Assembly (NCBI GenBank): GCA_977020255.1 | Contig: CDROCS010000434.1 | Location: 372,001-436,000 of the forward strand | Reading direction: 5' to 3' | Length of the DNA: 64,000 nt | Origin: Obrimoposthia wandeli | Taxonomy: Eukaryota | Shown here: piece after piece, positions 39,050-47,310 of the stretch | How positions within the stretch are numbered: the stretch's first letter is position 1 | Layout: each line of letters begins with the position of its first letter | The notes under the pieces: generated by a model | Databases searched by the model: none | What the model was told of the DNA's origin: nothing | Seen by the model: only the letters and a program-made list of their open reading frames with translations | Program-made: the position numbers and the translations under genes

Positions 39050-39774
39050 TTTTGAGCTAATTTTCGAAATTCGAACATATTCGTTTTTCTTATATTTAGC
39101 TTTTTTAATATTTTCTTTTTTTATTTTTGTCCATCCAAATATCAATAGAGTTTTTATTAGTAACATCAACAGGTCTCATTCCCTCATGTTCAGAGTGATT
39201 ATATGCATGTATTATTTTAGGTAAAACTTAGATTCATTTTTTATTTCCTTCTTTTGTGAAATACATTTTTATTCGATCTCTTAAAGTACAATTAAATCTT
39301 TCTACTACTGCTGCTTTGTACTGTGAAAACACAGAGTAGTGATTTATATTATTTTGTTTAAATAATTATTGAATTTGCTGATTATAAATTTCTTTTCCTA
39401 AATCAGTTTGCACATTTTGTGGAATGTCCTCTTTTAATATTTCTTTAATGGCTTCAAGCATAGCTATTGAAGACTTTGCTTTAACTGGAATTGCACGAGC
39501 AAACCTGCTAAATACATCAATACATGTTAAAATATATCGATATCCCTTATTAATGGAGAATATGGTATCATCTCCATCAAATCCATTTGCCATAAATTAT
39601 TAGGACCGCTGGTTTTGTAAGCTCTAGTTGGAAACTTTCTTCTCATCGGCTTGTTCAGACTGTAGGCTAACTGATCGCTTAGCCATTTCTGCATTTATTG
39701 GTTATTTTGTTTTGTTCATTTTGCTAATTTTGAAACTCCTGTGGGTCTTTTGGATTGAACCATATCTTCTCCAT
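39050..39774 (-). pseudogene. Polinton retroviral-like (rve, DDE) integrase, frameshifted and 3'-truncated
   Basis: MEKIWFNPKDP..; KPMRRKFPTR..NNLWQMDL; GYRYILTCIDVFSRFARAIP; QNVQTDLGKE; KAAVVERFNCTLRDR; AYNHS..GMRPVDV; KYKKNEYVRISK; several stops and frameshifts. Confidence 0.92.
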
Positions 39775-39860
39775 TACAACAATTTGAATAGAAAGAAAAT
39801 TTAAATTTAGGTAAAGAAGGGTTAGCACCCATTTCTTTAGCTGATTTTTGAAATAATTGT

Positions 39861-40190
39861 TTATGTATGTGTCGCAGCTATAATACTACTGATAATTGAA
39901 GCAACAACTGGAATAACAGCCCCTATGAAACCACCATTATGTTTAAGAATAATATTTCGTTTTCTTTTTTTACTTTTTACATTAGCAATATCTAGAAGAG
40001 TTTTTCTATATTTCTTTTATATATTTTTCCGATTTCCAACTTTTACTCGTCCCAAAACTATATTATACAAAACTTCCAATAAATCATCTACAACAAAAGA
40101 TGGAAATGCTTTAGGAATAATCATTCTCTTATGAGAAGAGGCTTTGACTAAAGCTTTAAAATAGGGTATGCTTCTTTGTATTTTCTTCAT
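39861..40190 (-). pseudogene. 109-codon basic protein ending in GG-F plus a hydrophobic helix (adenovirus pX-like architecture); one nonsense codon at 40017-40019
   Basis: MKKIQRSIPYFKALVKASSHKRMIIPKAFPSFVVDDLLEVLYNIVLGRVKVGNRKNI*KKYRKTLLDIANVKSKKRKRNIILKHNGGFIGAVIPVVASIISSIIAATHT. Confidence 0.7.
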
Positions 40191-40221
40191 TTTAATAAAA
40201 AAGGTTCAATTTAAATATTGT

Positions 40222-40362
40222 TTATATTCGAAGCCATTTAAGTTTTTTTTTATTTTTAACTACAGATTTGATTAATTTTTTCACTTCTTTTTTCTTAATG
40301 ATTCTTTTTTTTGATTTCTTAGATTTTACTTTACGTTTTACTATCAACTTTGTAAAAGGCAT
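40222..40362 (-). CDS. 46-aa Lys-rich protein, putative DNA-packaging core protein
   Basis: MPFTKLIVKRKVKSKKSKKRIIKKKEVKKLIKSVVKNKKKLKWLRI; 22 of 46 residues K/R; sits tightly between the ATPase stop and the next ATG; below the ORF-track cutoff. Confidence 0.55.
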   Translation of the reverse strand: MPFTKLIVKRKVKSKKSKKRIIKKKEVKKLIKSVVKNKKKLKWLRI

Positions 40363-40369
40363 TGCGAAT

Positions 40370-41017
40370 TTATTTTTTATAATTGTTCTCTATTTGTTTA
40401 TAAACAGTTACTCCCTTAGAATTAAATATGTCTGTTAAAACACGTAAATCATCTGGGCAAGCTTGTGTAAAGTCAATAAATATATACCCATGTGCTTGTT
40501 TAGCAGCATCGTGGAATGAATCAACTAGAAAGTTCTTATTTTGAGGAAATGCCTGTCTGGCCACAAAATCAACAACTGTTTCATCTCTAGGATTTTTAAA
40601 TAAAACTAAGTAATGTACATTAAGATTTCTTGTTCTATGGTAACCTCCTTGGTGAAAAAGATTTTGAGTGATAAATATAACTGTTACTTCACGATGTCTT
40701 GCAATCTTTGTAAATAAATTATTAAAGTCCGATTTCTTGTTAGCTTCCTGATACAAATCATCAATTATTATTACATCTTCTTTTTTCAATCTTTCGCACC
40801 AATTTGCATCAAATCCTTCAATAAATTTTATTCCCTTCAACTTGCAAACTTCTGTTTTGGTTAATCCGCTTTTCCCTCCTCCACCATGATGCCAATAAAT
40901 ATTTTTGAAACTAGATTTGAAAATAGATTCATTTTGCAACAATTTACATACGAAATGTGTCTTTCCACTTCCACTGGGACCAACTATTTGAAATACAGCA
41001 TTATTATTTAGCACCAT
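40370..41017 (-). CDS. A32/FtsK-HerA-like genome-packaging ATPase of Polinton type (intact, 215 aa)
   Basis: Walker A GPSGSGKT, Walker B VIIIDD, ARHREVTVIFITQNLF and LVLFKNPRD motifs. Confidence 0.93.
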   Translation of the reverse strand: MVLNNNAVFQIVGPSGSGKTHFVCKLLQNESIFKSSFKNIYWHHGGGGKSGLTKTEVCKLKGIKFIEGFDANWCERLKKEDVIIIDDLYQEANKKSDFNNLFTKIARHREVTVIFITQNLFHQGGYHRTRNLNVHYLVLFKNPRDETVVDFVARQAFPQNKNFLVDSFHDAAKQAHGYIFIDFTQACPDDLRVLTDIFNSKGVTVYKQIENNYKK

Positions 41018-41054
41018 TGCATATACTCTTTCATTTTTAATATTGTTTATATTA

Positions 41055-41326
41055 TCATAGAAGTTTCTTTATTGAAATGTACAATGTTAGAGCTATTGTA
41101 GATGAAATAAAAAAATTAATTATTGAATATTTGGCTATAATTTTATTTATTTGTGTACGATTTCTAAATTCTCGAATAACGTGTGATCTAACCAATATTT
41201 CAATGTTATTACTTGTTATATCATTATTTTTTAATTCTGATAAAATTTCTTTACCCCTAATTTTCCAGAAAATATTTCGTCGGCAAGCCGATCCACTTCA
41301 TTGTCTCTATTTATAATATTATTCAT
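41055..41326 (-). pseudogene. About 90-aa orphan protein with a C-terminal hydrophobic segment; one frameshift
   Basis: MNNIINRDNEVDRLADEIF / WKIRGKEILSELKNNDITSNNIEILVRSHVIREFRNRTQINKIIAKYSIINFFISSTIALTLYISIKKLL*; fills the gap between the TBP-like gene and the ATPase. Confidence 0.45.
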
Positions 41327-41354
41327 TTGAGACAATAAGTTTAAACGGGTTTGT

Positions 41355-41855
41355 TTATAGAAAAGATAACAAGATGTAATAAGATATATTTTCTAAAATC
41401 AAATCAACAATGTATGGATAATCAAAATTTTTCAATCCCAATATCATAACTTTACCACAGGAAAATATATTTACACATAATGGTTTAAACTTCAAATAAC
41501 TGAGAGCAGAAAAAATTTCTGGTTCAAACATGCATTCTTCTTTTATTTTCTCTGCAGTTTTAAAAAGATTTATCTGTTTCCCAAGATTAGCCGAAATCGT
41601 GATTGATTGTATTGCAGTGATTCAAATTCCAAATGGTAAATTGAACCCAAGCATTGGTATTTTGCATCCCATAACACGACAATTTCCTAAAGAATTCAAT
41701 ATGAAAATAAAATAAAAAACTAACCTGTAGGAAAAATAACAACTGTGAAATTTTCAAAATTTTTCTACATATTGTCTCGGCTTCCATTCATTGAATGGTA
41801 AGTACGAAACATCATCTTCTGTTCTACCTTTATAATTTATATTTACGAGTTTCAT
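41355..41855 (-). pseudogene. TBP-like: TATA-binding-protein-like gene carried by the Polinton; two exons (41855-41725, 41686-41355), one frameshift (about 41758) and one nonsense codon (41622-41624)
   Basis: Reconstructed MKLVNINYKGRTEDDVSYLPFNEWKPRQYVE(K/N)FENFTVVIFPTGNCRVMGCK...*ITAIQSITISANLGKQINLFKTAEKIKEECMFEPEIFSALSYLKFKPLCVNIFSCGKVMILGLKNFDYPYIVDLILENISYYILLSFL shows both TBP repeats (cf. LQNIV..NPKRF..ALIFSSGKMVCTGAK and IQNIV..YEPELFPGL..LLIFVSGKVVLTGAK); 38-bp GT..AG intron at 41724-41687. Confidence 0.85.
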
Positions 41856-42071
41856 TAGACTGAAATTGTATTCTGTAAAATCTTCTTTATATATGTCTGA
41901 ACCTGCTTTTTTATTGCACGTTTCTTGTAATTATCTTGCAAACCTATTATAATTGGATGATATATTTAGTCCAATCAAATTCAATGCTTTTGTTTTATTA
42001 ACCAATGAGATTCATGTTTTTGTTAGAAATTAGTATAAAAGAATGCGCCATTGGAGGACAAATCACAGTAA
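41856..42071. promoter_or_regulatory. Divergent promoter region with TATA box and CAGT initiator on each strand
   Basis: Minus: TATATAAAG 41893-41885 and TCAGT 41863-41859 (TATA T to Inr A = 32 nt). Plus: TATAAAAG 42034-42041 and CAGT 42066-42069 (33 nt). Each is just upstream of an ATG. Confidence 0.65.
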
Positions 42072-42548
42072 ATGCATTCATATCAAAGACAATTATCAAC
42101 GATGGACGATAGCCAACGGGTATTAAGCGATGACGAAGAAATGTTTGAAGAATCGGATAAGGATATGTATGAAGAAGTGAAACAATATTTCAAATACAAA
42201 GTCAGATTCTTGAAGAAGGCTCAGCTGATTGCTTTAGTAAATCCTGTGACAATTGAAAGAAGAAAGTTCAGCTACTATCTATCAGGTATTCAAAAACCTG
42301 ATTTTCAATATCTTAAACAGAAAATAGAAAAGGCAGTTCCAAATTTTACTTTCAATAAGAACGAATTTTATATCCGAGGAGCCGATGAAGCATTTCTAGA
42401 TGACTATGGAAGATATGTTGATATTGATGCGTTTCCGAAAAAGAAGCAATGGACTCTAACAATTCGACTTTATGGTTACAAGAAAGATGAAATGGGAACA
42501 AAGTTGCCTATGTGGAAAATTGAACGTGCTCATATTTCTATGTTTTAA
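42072..42548 (+). CDS. 158-aa orphan Polinton protein, paralog A (acidic N-terminus)
   Basis: Intact ORF with TATA/Inr; aligns along its length with the ORF at 43333-43737. Confidence 0.75.
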   Translation: MHSYQRQLSTMDDSQRVLSDDEEMFEESDKDMYEEVKQYFKYKVRFLKKAQLIALVNPVTIERRKFSYYLSGIQKPDFQYLKQKIEKAVPNFTFNKNEFYIRGADEAFLDDYGRYVDIDAFPKKKQWTLTIRLYGYKKDEMGTKLPMWKIERAHISMF

Positions 42549-43059
42549 CTTTTGCTTTTAATAAATTGTAATCGGTTTTACTATGTTTCTTTCATTTAAT
42601 AATCAGTTTTATTTTTTAAATATTTGTATCATATATGTATTTTACTACTTGTACTTTAGAGCAACGCTCTGTGAACTGGCCGCAATTTTAGAGTGAAGAC
42701 TCTAGCGTCAACCAACCCTAAAACCTAAAATCGATACGTGGTTCATCCCCACTGGTGTAGAGACTTTCAGAAGTTTTAGGAATTTTACTACAACTTCTTA
42801 GAAAATACGTACGTAAACGTATTGTTTTGTTTTAGTCTAGTGTGTTAACAATAAACGATTTCCTACATTAGAAAGCATTGTTCTAAAAACCTTCAGATTA
42901 AGAGACATCGAAAAACAAACACCTTCAGATAAGCATTGAGACAGGCAACCATAACATTAAGTAGGCCACAACCATCTACAAGTCCTGCTTCTATAGAACT
43001 CACGTTGGGGCCCTCTACAGTCAAGAGGATCTATAAGTTTCATATAGAAACCTAAAAAC

Positions 43060-43293
43060 AAAAGGAAGCAATGGACTGTAACAATTCGACTATATGGTTA
43101 CAAGAAAGATGAAATAGGAACAAAGTTGCCTATGTGGAAAATTTAACGTGCTCATATTTATATGTTTTAACTTTTTTCTTTTGCGTGTAAAAAAATTGTA
43201 ATCGGTTTTACTATGTTTCTTTCATTTGGCAATTAATAATCAGTTTTATTTTTTCTAATATTTGTATCTTATTTGTATCTTATATGTATTTTT
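43060..43293 (+). repeat. Direct duplication of about 42438-42643 (3' end and trailer of paralog A)
   Basis: Near-identical GAAGCAATGGACT..ACAATTCGACT..ATGGTTACAAGAAAGATGAAAT..GGAACAAAGTTGCCTATGTGGAAAATT.. and downstream AT-rich trailer. Confidence 0.9.
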
Positions 43294-43332
43294 TTATAAA
43301 CATTGTTTTTTAATCAGTTTCCTTATTTTAGA

Positions 43333-43737
43333 ATGGATAAGAGATGTGTAGCAAATTTTTATTATCCAGAAAGAATTTCAAAAGAAAAACTATGTAATAT
43401 ATTAAAGAGGCATCAAATTATATGAGTTATGAATCCTGTGAAAATATCAAAAGTGGAGAATAAATATCTCATCGAAATTTTAACAACATCTGATTTTGAT
43501 CAATTGAAAAATATTTTGGGATTTTACATTCCTGATTATGTATATGAAGGAAATTGTTTCCAGCTTGAAACTGATCCCAGTCTGGATTTTAAAGATGATC
43601 TAGGATATTTGATTGCTCCAATTTTAGATGAAGAACTATGGAATATCTCAATACGTCTCAATGGATATTTTGCTGATGACGGGAAAATGCAGCCTCTTTG
43701 GACTTTGAGTGAAGCCAATATGTTGTTTTATGTTTAA
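43333..43737 (+). pseudogene. Orphan Polinton protein, paralog B (134 codons, one nonsense codon at 43423-43425)
   Basis: MDKRCVANFYYPERISKEKLCNILKRHQII*VMNPVKISK...LWNISIRLNGYFADDGKMQPLWTLSEANMLFYV. Confidence 0.7.
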
Positions 43738-43869
43738 TAAATGTTTTGAAAAATAATTTTGACTCGTATTTAGTTTTTTCACCTCTAAATTATATAGATC
43801 TGACCGTTTTTTATCCTATAAATTCTAAAACTGACATAGATATTTAACATGTAAGGATATTTGATCATT

Positions 43870-44184
43870 ACTTTCACCCATCACCCACCGATTTTCACCC
43901 AACACCCATCGACTTTCACCCAACACCCATCGACTTTCACCCATCACCCATCGACTTTCACCCAACACCCATCGACATTTACCCATCATCCAACGACTTT
44001 CACCCAACACCCGTCGACTTTCACCCAACACCCATCGACTTTCACCCAACACCCATCGACATTTACCCATCATCCAACGACTTTCACCCAACACCCGTCG
44101 ACTTTCACCCAACACCCATCGACTTTCACCCATCACCCGTCGACTTTCACCCAACACCCATCGACTTTCACCCATCACCCAAGG
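43870..44184. repeat. 21-bp tandem array (15 units) next to the right TIR
   Basis: ACTTTCACCCA(A/T)CACCCATCG units, followed by one inverted copy of the 48-bp unit. Confidence 0.95.
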
Positions 44185-45996
44185 AAGTCTGTGATATACA
44201 CCAGTCCCGAGCCTTTCGCGCCGACAAGCGACAAATTTTTTTTGGGGACCCCCCCTGTCCTTTAAAACCATGCATGTAAAACTCCACACACCTACACGAA
44301 ATTTCACTCCACACACAATCATGGTTTTAAAGGACAGGGAGGGGGGAGGGGGTGTGGATTAAACCGGACATATCCACCTACTACCTACAATGCATGTAAG
44401 TAAGCCATCGTGCAACTTACAGCATTCAATCAGAAGTACTTTCAGTTAATTTGCATTTATAAATGTTTAATTTATATTTAATTGTATAATAAATCGTATA
44501 AAAACAATATGCACCACTATCGCTCAGCGGATCTGCCATCTTCGATGAACAACGTTACTACGACTGAAGACGAAGGCAGAAGGGATCCCTCGACCCCATC
44601 AACACCGGCCTTCAGTGACCCTGGCAATACTTCCACTTCTTCAGAAGATCATTTTCCGGTGGCCACCAGCTGACTTGGGAGTAGATCTCACAGTCAGACA
44701 GAAAGAGAAGAACCCTGAGATATTCTATTTCTTTCATTAGTTTACTTTATGATTGAGATTGAGTGGACCTTATTCATTTCTGTGTGGTTTGTGGCTCAAT
44801 AAGTGCAAAGATATAGCTTTGTGTTGATAGACAGAAGATTTGGGCCGACAAAATGCAGATATGTCTGCTCAAAAAAATGTATTTGACATTTTTTTTCAAA
44901 TCCCATTTTTTTCTGGGATATCTATTGTATATAATTTTTTAAAGATAATGTAAATTGTAAGTTAAAATAACTATAAAAAATCATTTAATGTAGCGCTAAT
45001 ATCTAACAATTATATGATTTATTACTCAAAGCGCTGTTTGTTTTCCATTGTTCTTCGAAATATTTTCTGAATAGTAAAGTCTTCAGCTACATTGTTACAG
45101 ATTCGTATATCCATTGATAAAATGTAGTAAAGACTCAGAGCATAAATTACAAATATTATATCAATCAGTTTATTGTTTGAGAATTCTCTAATCAATCTTC
45201 GTTTATCATTGTTTTTCGTTAGATGCATTTACATGCTCACAGCATCAGATTCGAGAAGATCATATAAATATTTGGGTTTCTATGAGAGAATATATTTTTT
45301 TGAAAATAAGTTTTATCTTTAATTCAATTTTTGTATTGATCAGTAGCCAATGTAGTTTCATTAAATGTACACATAGTAATAAAATAATTACGATTTAAAA
45401 GCGTTGATTGTTATTTATTTAATTAGTTTAAAATTATAACTGTTACGAAATTGTTTAGCCATTTTATATTTTTTTTGATAAAATAGCAATAAATTTACAT
45501 CATTCATTATTCGATTACCAAATAAAAAAAATTATTGAATTTTTTTTTAATTATGAAGTTCAATGAAAGTTGGTTTCATATCTGAAAATCCGTAAGACCT
45601 GAATGGGTAAAATTCAACGATTTCAAAAATGCTTTTGACTAGCGAACAAGAAAATTCTGACAGGAAGTTAACAGTAGATGATAAATGTAAGAGAAGACGT
45701 AAATCCTCTTGAGAAGTCGCCAGAAGTTCAGATATAAGAATTGACCATATATGTGTTTGGTGATTAAAGCAACATTCAAGTTTTACATATGCTGTAATGC
45801 AGAAACAAATAAAACTTACACAACATAAAATTTCCAAGAAACTTATGTTAAACTTAATTGTACGGCTGATAAAGTTATCTTATTTATATTCCTGCTGGCT
45901 ATTAATATTATTAGAACGACTTGCAAAAAATTGAAAATTTTCTGATTTAAATACATACATGGGATAATGGTTTTGGATGCAAATTTTTATAATGGT

Positions 45997-47310
45997 AGTA
46001 GGTGGATATGTCCGGTCTAATCCACCCCCTCCCCCTCCCCAGGGGCTACCACTGTCCTTTAAAACCGTGCATGTGTGTGGAGTGAAATTTCGTGAGTGTA
46101 TAAAAATATATACATGTCCTGAGACGTGTATACACTTTTCAACTGCACAAGTGCAGTTTACTGGCGGTGGATGGTACGGTGGTCAAGGTGGGAAATGAAA
46201 TTGGAAAATTAAGTGCATGGGATACTTGAATTCAATCAAGAACGAATTCGAGTAGGTCCATGCGCTTCCTGGCTTACCATTTAACTTCAGAAATTCATCA
46301 ATTCGTCCGCACTTGTGCCGATCGTGCCATACCAATGCACTAAATCCCTATATATGACTGAAATATATAAAGTAACCCATACGTGTTTTTTCTATCTCTT
46401 CCCCACCCCAACACTGTAAAAAACTATTTAACTTAACGCTCTTTAAAATTGAAAATATCATAGTGCTCCCACAGAGTGAGGAAGTACCTGAGAGGCCATC
46501 TAAGGGCCAACGCGTCTTCCCATTCAATTAGAGGGAGGTTTGTCAGCAACTATAGAAAGAAAGAGGCGAGGACAAAATCTTAATAAGGTCCTACCAAAGA
46601 AACGTAGATAAAACGGTGCTACTATAGCGTGTCACCTAAATAATAAATATATTATAGTTAAGGTGCCATTAAGAAATATATTTTTTTAATAAACGTAGGT
46701 GTAGATTCAAATATTGAAAGTAGTTTAAAATCTGAAGTTACTAAATTAGCTCAGGCTAAGGTTCAATTTTGCGCAACAGTACAGTTTAAAATGTCAATGA
46801 GGAGTCTAAAACTTGGGTAATTTCACATAAAGCAACTGTTTTTTATGATAATTTTGTAACTGAAATTGGAAGAAACCTGGATGAAAACATTGCTAATTAT
46901 AGCGAGTTAAGTAGTGGATGGACTCTAGTTAGAATTCACGATGTTAGCTTTGTTCTAACAAAGTTCACTGACATGATATATCTTTCGGGGAGTTCATACA
47001 TTCCTTCACCTAGATCTCTTCAACTTTCACGTTCCATTGTTAACGTACAAAACAGTGATAACCTTTGCTTTCTGTATAGCGTGTTGGCCATCCTCAAAAG
47101 GGATGTAATTACTGAGCACAGAGAGCGTGTCAGTAAATATACCCCTTTTTTAAATGAATTGCAGTATCATGGAATAGATTTTCCTGTTAAATTAACTGCG
47201 ATATCAAGATTTGAACATCTTAATAACTTGAGTATTAATGTATTCAAATATAATACTGATATCCCAGCTAATGGAACAGATGAAAAACGTTTTAAAAATC
47301 CTTTTATTAA
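45997..47310 (+). mobile_element. Truncated Polinton: left TIR (45997 to about 46100) plus the 5' part of a pPolB-type gene (about 46690-47310)
   Basis: Starts AGTAGGTGGATATGTCCGGTCTAATCCACC; downstream NYSELSSGWTLVRI...LSGSSYIPSP..IVNVQNSDNLCFLYSVLA..FPVKL..FEHLNNLSINVF, typical of the N-terminal region of animal Polinton pPolB; no right end found. Confidence 0.8.

Larger units (their letters stand above)
38183..44382. mobile_element. 6200-bp internally deleted Polinton/Maverick (adintovirus-like) element
   Basis: TIRs AGTAGGTGGAT(G/A)TGTCCGGT(C/T)TAATCCACACCCCCTCCCC...; perfect 6-bp TSD ACCTAC at 38177-38182 and 44383-44388; contains integrase and an A32-like ATPase; no pPolB, capsid or protease recognised. 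Confidence 0.93.

Noticed and set aside
43825-44322. ORFs with TFTQHPS / VLGESRW heptad repeats
   Set aside because: Artefacts of the 21-bp array.
44482-44673. Ser/Thr/Pro-rich ORF in a GC-richer patch
   Set aside because: No motif, ambiguous strand and no splice partner; cannot be called.
23155-45997. Pairing the two orphan termini as a single large element
   Set aside because: They face away from each other and their flanks (TAGAAA vs AATGGT) do not match.
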